Assembly (NCBI GenBank): GCA_963664405.1
Contig: OY761158.1
Location: forward strand, 1,472,001 to 1,536,000
Reading direction: 5' to 3'
From: Thermoanaerobaculia bacterium
GTDB lineage: Bacteria; Acidobacteriota; Thermoanaerobaculia; Multivoradales; Multivoraceae
DNA: 64,000 nt
The translations under genes were made by a program, and so were the position numbers. The notes under the pieces were generated by a model. The model did not search any database. It was not told the DNA's origin and was given only the letters and a program-made list of their open reading frames with translations. Below are positions 29,457 to 39,808 of this stretch, in pieces (within the stretch, counting starts at the first letter, position 1; every line of letters starts with the position of its first letter).

Positions 29457-30051
29457 GCGCTTCTCCTGAGTGCGTTCTCTTGAAGAGTATGAATCGTTAG
29501 TTCGCAGATGGATCGAGCGGCTCACCATAGATATCAAATCGATCGTAGCGAACCCACGAAGGGTCGTAGCCCTCGCTTCGATCAAACTTCTGGGGTGCCG
29601 CCCATTCCGCCTTGACCGACGGGTCGTAGTCCGACGGCAGATCGCCCGAAGTCCGCTTGCCAAGCTCATCGTGCAGTCCCGCCATGACTCGCCCCAGCTC
29701 CGGCGGCATCGGCCCCTTACCCGAGGGTGATGTCTGATCGATCGGCCTCCGGTTCGCCTCCTTGTCGAAGCGAAAAGCCGCCGCGCTGTAGACCTCCTGC
29801 TCCGCCTTGTCGGCCTCTGTTCGTTGCAAAGCAACGGCACTATGCACCACACGAAAACGCATTTCAACGCACAGTTCCCTGATCTCCCCTCGGCTTCCTA
29901 TGGCCGAGGGCGCTCGACTCCGCCTCGGGCACCGTGCCCTTGGAGTAGATAGAGGAATGACTAGACCAGCATCCGCGGCGGCGACATCTTATCTAGGCTC
30001 CACAAATAATGGATATCAACTGCTCCGCTACTCCCACTCGACGTGGGCCGG

Positions 30052-30177
30052 GGCCGGCCGTTCAGCGTGCCCCAGATCGCCGCAGCGCAGGAGCGAGGCG
30101 ACGCAGGCGTACTCCGGGTACGCCGAGGAGCCGAACGACGAGCACGCGGTGAGGTGGGGTGCGCTGGACGGCCGGCC
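30052..30177. mobile_element. Palindromic MITE-like element, family B
   Basis: Imperfect IR 30052-30074 / 30155-30177; core GACGCAGGCGTA-CTCCGGG-TACGCCGAGGA. Confidence 0.7.
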
Positions 30178-30216
30178 GGCTGATACGATCGCCGGCCTGC
30201 AACAAGGAGGAGAGCA

Positions 30217-31182
30217 ATGGCACGTTACGGCATGAGCATCCCGCTCGGCGGGATTCCACTGGATCAGCAAGGCGACATCTACAAGAAGATGATCGACTGG
30301 GGCTACACCGACTTCTGGTCCTCGGAGGCGGACGGAGCCGACGGATTCACCCCGCTCGCGCTCGCTGCGGCCTGGACTCCGACGGCGCGCCTCGGTGTCG
30401 CTATCATCCCGGCCTTCACTCGCGGTCCCGCTGTGATCGCCCAAACCGCTGCCGCCATGGCCGAAGCCGCGCCCGGTCGCTTCGTGATGGGCGTCGGCGC
30501 TTCCTCGAACGTGATCGTCGAGCGCTGGAACGACATCGCTTACGAGCGCCCGTACTACAAGACGCGAGATGTCGTGCGTTTCCTCAAAAAGGCGTTCGCG
30601 GGCGAGCGAGTGGCAGAGGAGTTCGACACCTTCAAGATCAACGGCTTCCGGCTCGGCCGCCTGCCGGAGATCCAACCGAAGATCCTTGTCGCCGCACTCC
30701 AGAAAGGCATGCTGAAGATGGCCGGAAGAGAGTCGGACGGTGCCATTCTCAACTGGCTCTCCGCCGAAGACGTGAAGACGGTCGTGCCCTACGTTCATGA
30801 GGGTGGACCGGACAAGGAGATCGCCGCGCGTATCTTCGTCATCCCCTCCGCAGACAAGGATCTGGTCTACGCTTCGGCGCGCCGCGGCATCGCGGCCTAT
30901 CTCAATGTGCCGGTATACGCCGCTTTCCACGAGTGGCTCGGAAGAGGTGAGCTCCTCGGCCCGCTGTGGAAGGCTTGGAAGGCCGGCGATAGAAAGAAGG
31001 CTCTGACCGTCATCCCCGATGAGGTCATCGACGACATCTTCATCTGGGGCAGGCCCGAGGAATGCCGCGAAAAGATCCAGCAATATGTCGAAGCAGGAGT
31101 CCACACTCCGGCCCTCGCCATGAACCACCCCGGCGACGACATGATGGAGTCGATCCGCTTACTCTCTCCGAGCGCCGCTTAG
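30217..31182 (+). CDS. LLM-class (probably F420-dependent) oxidoreductase
   Basis: WGYTDFWSSEA..DGFTPLA, RLGVAI, PGRFVMGVG, DGAILNW. Confidence 0.88.
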   Translation: MARYGMSIPLGGIPLDQQGDIYKKMIDWGYTDFWSSEADGADGFTPLALAAAWTPTARLGVAIIPAFTRGPAVIAQTAAAMAEAAPGRFVMGVGASSNVIVERWNDIAYERPYYKTRDVVRFLKKAFAGERVAEEFDTFKINGFRLGRLPEIQPKILVAALQKGMLKMAGRESDGAILNWLSAEDVKTVVPYVHEGGPDKEIAARIFVIPSADKDLVYASARRGIAAYLNVPVYAAFHEWLGRGELLGPLWKAWKAGDRKKALTVIPDEVIDDIFIWGRPEECREKIQQYVEAGVHTPALAMNHPGDDMMESIRLLSPSAA

Positions 31183-31223
31183 CCCCCGGGGCTAGATAGT
31201 TGAGGTTTGCTTCCACCATGGAC

Positions 31224-31736
31224 CTACTCCTTCTCTTGATCCGAGTCCTGAAGCCCCTCTTCCCCGTAGCGACCGGCCGGCCCTGGGCCGCCGGGCGCCA
31301 GCCGTCCCTCTCCCCCGAAGTGGCCTCGGCCAGGCACGAAGTTGACTTCGACCCGGATGCCATCGGGATCCTCGAAGAGCACTGAATAGTAGCCGGGCGC
31401 GAACTCCGAGCCCTCCTCGGGCGGGTGCACCACCTCGACGTCGGGCTCCTGCAACAGGAATTCGTGAACCGAGCCGACATCCTCGCGGGAGCGCGCCCGG
31501 AAACAGAGGTGATGCAGGCCGGGGCGGTCCTGATCGTAAGGCCGATCGCGTTTGTCCACAGGCGCTCCACGTACCAGGATCCCGGTCCGACCGCCGATGC
31601 AGTAGACGATGTCGTCGCCCCGGATCAGCGTCGACATCTCCAGGAAGTGGCAGAACCGCTCCCAGAACGGCACGCAACGCGCAGGGTCATTGACCGTGAG
31701 CTGGATGTGCGCGATCCCGTTGATCGAAACCGTCAT
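31224..31736 (-). CDS. VOC/glyoxalase family protein
   Basis: IAHIQLTV, GLHHLCF, YYSVLFEDPDGIRVE. Confidence 0.88.
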   Translation of the reverse strand: MTVSINGIAHIQLTVNDPARCVPFWERFCHFLEMSTLIRGDDIVYCIGGRTGILVRGAPVDKRDRPYDQDRPGLHHLCFRARSREDVGSVHEFLLQEPDVEVVHPPEEGSEFAPGYYSVLFEDPDGIRVEVNFVPGRGHFGGEGRLAPGGPGPAGRYGEEGLQDSDQEKE

Positions 31737-33022
31737 CGTCGCCGTGCTCGGTACTTGTTGTAGAGCCGGGTGTGCTTGTTGTCGAGATCTACCGGCTGCC
31801 CGCGGATGATCACCTCCAAGACTTGGGTGCGGATCTCGAGAGGGTCGCCGTCGGTGATGATCAGATTCGCGACTTTCCCAGGCTCCAAGGTACCGAAGCG
31901 ATCACCCAGGCCCAGGATCTCGGCCGGGCGGCGACTGATCGCGCGCACGGCTTCCTCCCACGGCAGGCCGAAGGCCACGGCCTGGCCCGCCTCGTAGGGA
32001 AGCACTCTCGACTTCTCGGCACTGAAAGTCGAGAAGGCGATGGGGATGCCCGCCTCATGAAGCTCACCGGCCAGGGTGTAGGAGCGGTCGTAGGGATCGT
32101 CCTCGTGAAGTGGCAAGGCTTGGCTTGCGCCCAGGATGACCGGAATCTTCATCTCGGCAAGAAGCTCCTTCTCTTTCCACGCCTCCCGCCCCCCGGCGAG
32201 GATCATCCGCAGCGACAAGGAGGTCGCCAGATCGACGGCGTCACGAATCTGCCGGGCACGGTCGGCTCGCACGATCACCGGCAGGCGGCCCTCGACAACC
32301 CTACCAAGACTTTCGAGCCGTAGATCGCGGTCGGGCACGACGGAGCCCTCGGCTCCTCGAGCATGGGCATAGCGGCCGCCGGCCACCAGCCATTGGCGAA
32401 TCTCCTCGACCTTCTTGTCGTACTCCTTCTTCGCTTCTTTGAAGGGGCGGTCGACCCTGCGTCCAGCATCGCGATCGAAGCTGCGCAACTGCATCGACGG
32501 CCAGACCAGAACCAGACCCACCGAGTCTTCGATCCTCATTTCCTCGGCCGTCCAACCGTCGAGCTGAATCGCCGAGACCTGTCCTGGAAAGCCGTAGCCA
32601 CTACGGCTCTGGGGCACGACTCCCGCGTGAGTCACACCGTTGGCTCGGGTGACGGGAATCATTTCGCTCGGCGGGTGAACCGCTGTCAGCCCGAGAAGAT
32701 GGGGCTGGATGGCGCCCAACTCGGCACTATCGACCGTCGCCCGAACGCTCGCAATCTCGCTGATCCCGAGGGTGCTCATGGAGTCGAAAAAGCCCGGGAA
32801 GACATGATGGTCGCCGGCCTCCAGGCGCGTCACACCGGCAGCGCCCTCCACCTCGGTCCCTACCGCGGCAATGCGGCCATCGACGATCAGTACCCTACCC
32901 CCCTCGATGGGCGGACCGACCAGGGTGTGTACTCGCCCGCCGACGATGAGGAGCTCATCGGCAGCCGGAACGGCCCCCGGGCTCAAAACGGTCGCGATGA
33001 CAAGAGCCGGGGAGATCTTCAT
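31733..33022 (-). CDS. Secreted amidohydrolase-fold protein lacking the HxH motif
   Basis: Signal peptide; PGFFDSMSTLG; GTLEPGKVANLIITDGDPL; ATGA-coupled. Confidence 0.8.
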   Translation of the reverse strand: MKISPALVIATVLSPGAVPAADELLIVGGRVHTLVGPPIEGGRVLIVDGRIAAVGTEVEGAAGVTRLEAGDHHVFPGFFDSMSTLGISEIASVRATVDSAELGAIQPHLLGLTAVHPPSEMIPVTRANGVTHAGVVPQSRSGYGFPGQVSAIQLDGWTAEEMRIEDSVGLVLVWPSMQLRSFDRDAGRRVDRPFKEAKKEYDKKVEEIRQWLVAGGRYAHARGAEGSVVPDRDLRLESLGRVVEGRLPVIVRADRARQIRDAVDLATSLSLRMILAGGREAWKEKELLAEMKIPVILGASQALPLHEDDPYDRSYTLAGELHEAGIPIAFSTFSAEKSRVLPYEAGQAVAFGLPWEEAVRAISRRPAEILGLGDRFGTLEPGKVANLIITDGDPLEIRTQVLEVIIRGQPVDLDNKHTRLYNKYRARRR

Positions 33023-35706
33023 CGCGATCCATCCTCGAGCTCCGGCGAGCTCTTGCCCTCGACCGGTGCGCGTCGTGCCAGACGACCTTCGAGAGCCTCT
33101 CGCTCCCGCGCCTTCGACTCGCGCTCGGCCAGATCCTTCACACGATCGAAGTAGATCTGGCCATCGATGAGCGTTTTTTGGGCAACCGCGTACACGCTCA
33201 GCGGGTGGCGATCCCAGATCACCAGATCGGCATCCTTGCCGACCTCGATGGAGCCGACACGGTCGGCTATGCCAAGCTGCTTCGCCGGGTTCAAAGTGAC
33301 GAGTTTCAGCGCCTCCACCTCGGAGAGCCCCCCCCACTTCATCGCCTTGGCCGCCTCCTGGTTGAGGTGACGTATCTCCTCGGCGCTGTCGGAGTTGATC
33401 GATACGACGACGCCTCGCTCAGCCATCAGCGCCGCGTTGTGAGGGATGGCTTCGTAGGCCTCGACCTTGTAGGCCCAGTGGTCGGAAAAGGTCGAGGCGC
33501 CGGCCCCGTGGGCCGCGATCTCGTCCGCCACCCGGTAGCCCTCGAGAACGTGCTGAAGGGTGGCGATACGAAAACCGAGCTCCTCGGCGAGGCGTAGCAG
33601 CTGCACGATCTCGTCGCTGCGATAGGAGTGAGCGTGGACGAGCCGTGTTCCTGATAGAACTTCGGCCAAGGGCTCCAGCTTGAGGTCGCGACGCGGAGGC
33701 AGGGCCTCCGCCCCCTGGCCGCTCTCCACCTTGGCTTCGAACTCCTGCCAGGCGTCGCGATAGTCCTTTGCTTCGAGGAAGGACTGACGCACCACGTCAA
33801 TGACACCCATCCGCGTCACCGGGTAGCGCTGTGGACGGGTGGCGGACGGGGCTGAGTTCGACCGCTTCGGGTTCTCGCCCAGAGCGAACTTGATCCCTGG
33901 CGGCGCACCTTCGAAAAGCAACCCCGCGGCCGTTTGGCCCCAGCGCAGCTTGATCACCGCATTGAGGCCGCCGATCGGGTTGGCGCTTCCGTGAAGGATG
34001 TTGATGGCGGTCACGCCGCCCGCAAGCGCGCGATAGAGGCCGATGTCTTCCGGGTCGACAACGTCCTGGATGCGCGCCATCGACGACACCGCAACCGTCG
34101 ACTCGTTGGTGCCGCCGCTGGTCGCAAGGTGGGAGTGGCAATCGATGATGCCTGGCGTCAGATAACCCCCTTTGCCATTGATGATTCTCGCTCCGGTGGG
34201 GACTGAGAGGTTACGGCCTACCGCCTCGATCTTGCCGTTGCGCACGAGGACCTCACCGCCCTCCAGTGCCTCGGCGCTGACCGGGAGCACGGTGACGTTG
34301 CGGATCAAGGTGATCGACACCGGATCCTCTCGATCACTCTCAGCCGCCGCGGCGACCGCTTCGCCCTCGACCGGAGGAGCGGCTGACACCGCCTTCTCGG
34401 CAGAGCTCGAGGGCTCCTCGTCCTCGAGATCGAAGACCCTGCCGTCGACGACAACCATCCGCAGCTTCACGCCAGGGCGCCAGAGCTCGCCTTGGGTGAT
34501 CAGCAGATTGGCGATCTTCCCCTCCTCGAGACTGCCCAGCCGATCGGAGACGCCGAAAATTTCCGCCGCGGAGAGGGTCAGAGCCCGCAGCGCTGCTTCC
34601 GGCGGCAGACCGGCGGCCACTGCCTCGCCGACTCTCTCCAGCGCCTCGTCCGGCGCCTCCATTCCGTCGGTCGTAAAGGCGAAGGAAACACCGGCCTGCT
34701 CCAAAACGGACGGCGTCGAAGGCGCCAGGTCCCAAAGCCGCAGCTCGCGGAGGGAAGGGGGCTGTTCGGGATCCGCATCCTTGTCCGGCAGCGGCCAGGC
34801 GAGCGAGACCAGCACCGCCGCTCCGGTTCCGGCGAGGTCCGAAGCGACGGCGTAAGCTCCGTGGCCTCCATAGAGGAGAGGTCTCATGCCGATCGATGCC
34901 GCCATCGCGCGGGCGCGGCGCATCTCGGTAGCGGTTCGTGCCGGCAGAAGTAGAGGGGTAGCGCTATCGATCATGTCGGCGATCGGGACGAGCGCGTTGT
35001 CGTAGTCGGGGCGCCGTCGGCCTCTCGGCTCCGCCTGATACTGGCGACGGGCCTCCGCGAAGTGCGCCGCGTCGAGGAAGAGCTGCCGCAGATAGGCATG
35101 GACGCCCATCAGCGCGGCCGGGAATCCTCCCGAAGCGTCGCGCGGTGCCAGAGCGAGCCGTAGCGCGACTCTCTCCTCAACCACCATCTCGCCGGGTCTT
35201 AAACCAGCCAAGTTGATCAGCGAGGCCTGGCCCGGAACCAGCCCGTCGGCCGGAGCGACGACGCTTGCCGCGAAGCCCGCCTCACGCCACTTCGCGATGG
35301 CCTCGTCCGAAGGGCGCAAGAGATCGGCCGCCTTGACCCAGGGCGTCGTGGCCGGGCGGTCCTCGGGCCCCTGGCTATAGGCCGCCGGCTGCGCGGCTTC
35401 GAGGTCGTCGGCGCCGAGTCCGACCCTGGAGAGGGCATCGATGAGGCCAGGATAGACCGTCAGTCCCTCGCCATCGATAACCCAGGCTCCTGGTGGAGCT
35501 TCCACCCCCGCACCAAGGGCCTCGATCAGCCCAGCTCGAACCACCAAGGTCCCCCGCTCGACCACGGGCGCCGACACCGGGACCAGGCGCGCGTTCTCGA
35601 TGGCAAAGACCGGAGGTGCCGGCGGTGCCTCCTCCGCCAGGCTCGCCCCCTGCAGGATCGCGGACGCGACAGCAACGCCTGGCGCGAGGGCGGCAATCAA
35701 CCTCAC
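33019..35706 (-). CDS. Secreted tandem-domain amidohydrolase
   Basis: Domain 1 PGLIDALS (no HxH); domain 2 PGIIDCHSH, KFALGENPKR, HAHSYR, QHVLEGY, INSD. Confidence 0.85.
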   Translation of the reverse strand: MRLIAALAPGVAVASAILQGASLAEEAPPAPPVFAIENARLVPVSAPVVERGTLVVRAGLIEALGAGVEAPPGAWVIDGEGLTVYPGLIDALSRVGLGADDLEAAQPAAYSQGPEDRPATTPWVKAADLLRPSDEAIAKWREAGFAASVVAPADGLVPGQASLINLAGLRPGEMVVEERVALRLALAPRDASGGFPAALMGVHAYLRQLFLDAAHFAEARRQYQAEPRGRRRPDYDNALVPIADMIDSATPLLLPARTATEMRRARAMAASIGMRPLLYGGHGAYAVASDLAGTGAAVLVSLAWPLPDKDADPEQPPSLRELRLWDLAPSTPSVLEQAGVSFAFTTDGMEAPDEALERVGEAVAAGLPPEAALRALTLSAAEIFGVSDRLGSLEEGKIANLLITQGELWRPGVKLRMVVVDGRVFDLEDEEPSSSAEKAVSAAPPVEGEAVAAAAESDREDPVSITLIRNVTVLPVSAEALEGGEVLVRNGKIEAVGRNLSVPTGARIINGKGGYLTPGIIDCHSHLATSGGTNESTVAVSSMARIQDVVDPEDIGLYRALAGGVTAINILHGSANPIGGLNAVIKLRWGQTAAGLLFEGAPPGIKFALGENPKRSNSAPSATRPQRYPVTRMGVIDVVRQSFLEAKDYRDAWQEFEAKVESGQGAEALPPRRDLKLEPLAEVLSGTRLVHAHSYRSDEIVQLLRLAEELGFRIATLQHVLEGYRVADEIAAHGAGASTFSDHWAYKVEAYEAIPHNAALMAERGVVVSINSDSAEEIRHLNQEAAKAMKWGGLSEVEALKLVTLNPAKQLGIADRVGSIEVGKDADLVIWDRHPLSVYAVAQKTLIDGQIYFDRVKDLAERESKAREREALEGRLARRAPVEGKSSPELEDGSR

Positions 35707-35729
35707 TCAGGCATTCTATACATCCTCGC

Positions 35730-36464
35730 TCAGCTGAAAACCTTCTCCGGGTCCGCCAGAGCCGAAGTCTGGCTCACAAAGAGATTGGTCAGGCTGAGAA
35801 ACCTCTCCGCCGTCGCACGGGCGAAGGCGTCGCGACAGAACACGACAAGCACAACGATCTGTCCGCCCGGGTAGGCGCCACCGGTGCCGAACACACTCCT
35901 CACACCATACTGGGAGACGAAGTCCTGAGCCGCGATGATCTTTCGCCCCTCGTTGTCTTCCGCGTCCCCGGCCTCGTCGACGAAGAAGAGGCCCGCCGAG
36001 TGACCCATGGTACGAATGATCATCTCCGAGTCATGCTTGTCGACCCATTCCAGAGGCACGCCGAGCTCCTTGAGGAGTCGCGAGATCATGGGGATGGCGC
36101 CGACGAAGGCCGACGAAAGCAAAGGGATGCCGACATGGCCCTGCGATTGACGACGATCCTTCCAGGAGTCTTCCTCACCGTGGCTTCCGATCAGCGACAG
36201 CACCGGAACCGTGTCCTTCAAGTCCTCGGCGGCTCCCGCTGATTCCGCAAGGGCTCGCACGAAGCGCTGGTTTTCTTCCGGCAACGACCCGAAGGGAACT
36301 GTGACGAATACCCTGGCGATCGTCACCGACTCCTCGAAGGTGTTGTGGATGGCCGCCGCCAGCTCTTGGGCAGCCTCTTCCAGCCGGCCTGCACCTTGCA
36401 CTTTGTCCTCGATCCCACCCCAAACATCACTGACTGTAGACGAGCTCGCCTGCTCTATTCTCAC
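35730..36464 (-). CDS. Conserved hypothetical protein, possibly GAF-like
   Basis: Coding-like 244-aa ORF with GGAGG SD, overlapping the larE stop; WKDRRQSQGHVGIPL, FVSQYGVRSVFG. Confidence 0.7.
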   Translation of the reverse strand: MRIEQASSSTVSDVWGGIEDKVQGAGRLEEAAQELAAAIHNTFEESVTIARVFVTVPFGSLPEENQRFVRALAESAGAAEDLKDTVPVLSLIGSHGEEDSWKDRRQSQGHVGIPLLSSAFVGAIPMISRLLKELGVPLEWVDKHDSEMIIRTMGHSAGLFFVDEAGDAEDNEGRKIIAAQDFVSQYGVRSVFGTGGAYPGGQIVVLVVFCRDAFARATAERFLSLTNLFVSQTSALADPEKVFS

Positions 36465-37315
36465 GCTTCACCTCCTTGGCCATGGGCAGCCACGACCGTT
36501 GTATTGCGCCTCCCCAAGACCTCGTTCATCGAGCCACTGCGAAAGCCCTGGAGGTCGAGAGTTACGTACGAAAAGCCTTGCTGCTTGAAGCGAAGTACGA
36601 CCTCGCTCCGAATCGGATCTTCCATCAGACGCCCGAGCTCCTCGACCCCGATCTCGATCCGTGCCACCGCGTCGTGGTAGCGCACGCGGCAGCTGCGAAA
36701 GCCAAGCTCGTGCAGAGCCCGCTCACATGCCGCCACCTGGGTCAGGCGCTGCGGAGTGATCTCGGTGCCATAGGGGAAGCGGCTCGACAGACACGCCAGC
36801 GCCGGCTTGTTCCATACCGGGAGATCGATGCGGCGAGCCGCTTCTCGAATGTCGTCCTTGGTGAAACCGGCCTCCTCCAGAGGCGACCGGACGCCGAGCT
36901 CTCGAGCTGCCTTTCGGCCGGGCCGAAGGTCGGCGCGGTCATCGACGTTGAAACCGTCGAGCACCCAGCGGAAGCCCAAAGTGGTCGCCTCCCGTACCGC
37001 GACTCCGTACATCTCGGCCTTGCAGAAGTAGCAGCGATTGACCGGGTTGGCAGCGTAGCGCGGGTCGTCGAGCTCGTTGGTCTCGATGAGGAGGTGGCGG
37101 GCGCCGAGATCCTCCGCCAACTTCCTGGCATGGTCACCCTCCTCGGCAGCGAGGCTGGGCGACACTGCGGTAAGAGCGACAGCGTTCTCTCCCAACACCG
37201 ACACCGACTCTGCCAGGAGGTAAGCCGAATCGACCCCGCCCGAAAAGCAGACAACCACCTGCTCCAGCTCTAGGAGCGAATTGCGAAGCGCGTCGATCCT
37301 GGCGTCGAGACTCAC
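36461..37315 (-). CDS. larE: ATP-dependent sulfur transferase (PP-loop), LarE family
   Basis: FSGGVDS, NRCYFCK, DGFNVDD..RPG, CLSSRFPYG, RVRYH, GFRSGSMN. Confidence 0.92.
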   Translation of the reverse strand: MSLDARIDALRNSLLELEQVVVCFSGGVDSAYLLAESVSVLGENAVALTAVSPSLAAEEGDHARKLAEDLGARHLLIETNELDDPRYAANPVNRCYFCKAEMYGVAVREATTLGFRWVLDGFNVDDRADLRPGRKAARELGVRSPLEEAGFTKDDIREAARRIDLPVWNKPALACLSSRFPYGTEITPQRLTQVAACERALHELGFRSCRVRYHDAVARIEIGVEELGRLMEDPIRSEVVLRFKQQGFSYVTLDLQGFRSGSMNEVLGRRNTTVVAAHGQGGEA

Positions 37316-37360
37316 CCGGCAAGGCTACCCACGATCAGCGGCTAGGCGGTATCGCAGGTG

Positions 37361-39244
37361 TCACGGAAGTTGTCCGCTCTCTGACATTTCCGACTCAGGA
37401 GCGCTTGCCATGTAGTCGGAGGGCGTCGCGCCGTACTCGTCCTTGAAGCATTTCGAGAAGTGCGCCAGGCTCTTGAAGCCCGTGCCATAGGCCACCTCGC
37501 TGACCAGGCCGGCCTTGCCGGCGAGGAGCTTCGCCGCCGTCTGGAGCCGAAGAGCGCGAATGAGGGCGGCCGGCGTCTTGCCTGAGAGCTCTCGCAGACG
37601 GCGGTGCAGGTGACCGCGGCTCATCGCCAGAATCGCAGCTAGCGCCTCGACTCCGAAGTCTTCGTCCGCCATATGAGCTTCGATCGCGTCCTTCACTCTC
37701 AGCAGGAAACGATCGTCGGCCGAAACGACGTCGATGGAGCTGGCTTCGATCGAGCGTGGCGCCGAAACGCGGTCACGTAGGCGCTTTCGGGAGTCGATCA
37801 AGTTCTTGATCTGGGCCTCGAGCTCTCGGACCTCAAAGGGCTTGACGAGATAGGCGTCCGCCCCCGACTCGATCCCCTCGATTCGATCTTCATTGGCGGC
37901 CCTCCCGGTCAGAAGAATGATCGGGACGCAGCTGAGCTCGCGATCCTCGGTTAGCGCGCGACATAGCTCGTGGCCGCCCAGCCGAGGCATGACGACGTCG
38001 CAGACTATGAGGTCGGGAAGGTGTCGGCGAGCGATCTCCAGGCCCTCCTCGCCGTCGCCGGCTTCGAGAGTCCTGAAGGCCGGCTCCAGCCGGCCCCGGA
38101 CATAGGAGCGTAGGTCGACATCGTCATCGACAATCAGGACCGTGGTCCGATCGGCCGCTTCCTCCTCGTCCGGCACCTCGGCCAGCGGGGCCGTCTCGGG
38201 CCGCGACTCATCAAGCTGCTCATACTCCAGCTGACTCGCTGAAGTCACCAGACGTGTGGGAGAGACCGTAGCGCGCTGGCTCGAGGCTCCTCCTCGATCT
38301 CGTTTGCGCGGCAGCGAGACGATGAACTCCGCCCCGAAGCCCTCCAGACTCTTGACTTCAATGTGCCCCTGATGGAGCGCGACGATCTCCCTGACCAACG
38401 ACAGGCCGATGCCTACACCAGGGGTCGTCTGATGCTGGCTCTCGACCCGATAGAAACGCTCGAAGATGAGAGGGAGCTCATGCTCCGGGATACCTGGACC
38501 GCTGTCGCGAACCCTCAGAACCACTCGACCCCCGCTCTCCTCGTCATTGGGAGGCGGTTCCTCCACCTCGACGGTCAGCCGGATGGTTCCGCCTTTCGGC
38601 GTGAACTTCAGCGCATTGGAGAGAAGATTCACCAGAATTTTGTCGACGAGATCCCGATCGAAGAAAAAGAAAAGCGGCTCTCGCGGCAGCTCCATCTGCA
38701 GATCAATCTGCCTATTCTGCGCCGCCGACGCAAACGACGCAGCAAGCTCTCGGGTCTGGGCGAGAAAGTCGGAACGGTGCAGCCGAAGCTGCACACGACC
38801 TGCCTCCACACGAGTCAGAGCGAGAATCTGGTTGACCAGATGAATGAGCCTGCGAGCGTTGCGGACGGCGAGAACGAGTTGTGCGTGAGCCGACTTCGTG
38901 AGCGCACCGTGGAGGCCGTCGCGAAGGTCCTCCAAGGGAGAGATGACCAGGGTCAGGGGCGTGCGCAGCTCATGCGATGCGTTTTCGAAGAAGCGCGTTT
39001 TGGTCTCGGCAAGCTTCTGAAGGTTCTCGACCTTCGCCTCGAGCTCTTTGCGGAGCCGGTCTACTTGCTGATGCTCCTCCGCTTGCTGACGCTCCTCTGC
39101 CTGCTCGCGCTCTCGGGCCAGTTCGGCCACAGCGGCGTCGAGGCGCTTGTGCAGCTCCGCTTCTCTGCCACGAGATCTCCTCCACAAGACCAGCAAGAGC
39201 GCCAGGCCGAGTCCAAGGAGGACCTCGGCGAGAAGAGGGCTCAT
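37361..39244 (-). CDS. Hybrid histidine kinase-receiver-AraC regulator with a single TM anchor
   Basis: SHELRTPL, NLLSNALKF, DSGPGI, GIGL, VDDD..DVVMP..KPF, AraC HTH (VAYGTGF..FSKCFK..G). Confidence 0.9.
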   Translation of the reverse strand: MSPLLAEVLLGLGLALLLVLWRRSRGREAELHKRLDAAVAELAREREQAEERQQAEEHQQVDRLRKELEAKVENLQKLAETKTRFFENASHELRTPLTLVISPLEDLRDGLHGALTKSAHAQLVLAVRNARRLIHLVNQILALTRVEAGRVQLRLHRSDFLAQTRELAASFASAAQNRQIDLQMELPREPLFFFFDRDLVDKILVNLLSNALKFTPKGGTIRLTVEVEEPPPNDEESGGRVVLRVRDSGPGIPEHELPLIFERFYRVESQHQTTPGVGIGLSLVREIVALHQGHIEVKSLEGFGAEFIVSLPRKRDRGGASSQRATVSPTRLVTSASQLEYEQLDESRPETAPLAEVPDEEEAADRTTVLIVDDDVDLRSYVRGRLEPAFRTLEAGDGEEGLEIARRHLPDLIVCDVVMPRLGGHELCRALTEDRELSCVPIILLTGRAANEDRIEGIESGADAYLVKPFEVRELEAQIKNLIDSRKRLRDRVSAPRSIEASSIDVVSADDRFLLRVKDAIEAHMADEDFGVEALAAILAMSRGHLHRRLRELSGKTPAALIRALRLQTAAKLLAGKAGLVSEVAYGTGFKSLAHFSKCFKDEYGATPSDYMASAPESEMSESGQLP

Positions 39245-39439
39245 GATCCCTCCTCGAAAGCAGTGCAGAAGCAGTCAAACATGCCGATCACGAAGGCTAG
39301 CAGAAGCGATAACGCCACCCAGCCACGATGCTGGGCGGCGCCGACGGCCAGATTTCCGCGGGGATTGCGCGATGACACCGAGTCAACACCTTGCCACCAG
39401 GAACGAAGCTCTCCTAACATGCGGCGAAAGGAGGCCTCA

Positions 39440-39808
39440 ATGCACTCAATACTCGGAATTCTGCTCGCCGCAGTGGCCGGCGCGAGCACCGCCGGTGCGC
39501 AGGCCGAGCCGGCTCCCAAGGCCGTCTACGGTGTCGCCCTTATCCAGATCGACGACCGGGAGGGCTATAGCAACTATTCGCGGGGATTCGGACCGATCTT
39601 CTCTCGCTATCGCGGAGAGATGCTCGCAATGAGTGAAAGCCCGACCGTCATAGAGGGTGAGTGGCCGTGGACCCGCACGGTGATGATTCGCTTCCCTTCG
39701 ATGGCCGAGTTCGAGGCCTGGTACTACTCCCCTGAGTATCAGGAGTTGGCCAAGCTACGGCACGCCAGCTCGAAGGGCAACCTCATTTTGATCGAGGCGC
39801 CGAAATAG
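39440..39808 (+). CDS. DUF1330 family protein with signal-peptide-like N-terminus
   Basis: YRGEML, VIEGEW, FPSM..WYYSPEYQ; AGGAGG before ATG 39440. Confidence 0.85.
   Translation: MHSILGILLAAVAGASTAGAQAEPAPKAVYGVALIQIDDREGYSNYSRGFGPIFSRYRGEMLAMSESPTVIEGEWPWTRTVMIRFPSMAEFEAWYYSPEYQELAKLRHASSKGNLILIEAPK

Noticed and set aside
29497-29862. 121-aa ORF upstream of the carboxyltransferase
   Set aside because: The C-terminal half looks coding-like, but I cannot support a family or a start; possibly a remnant
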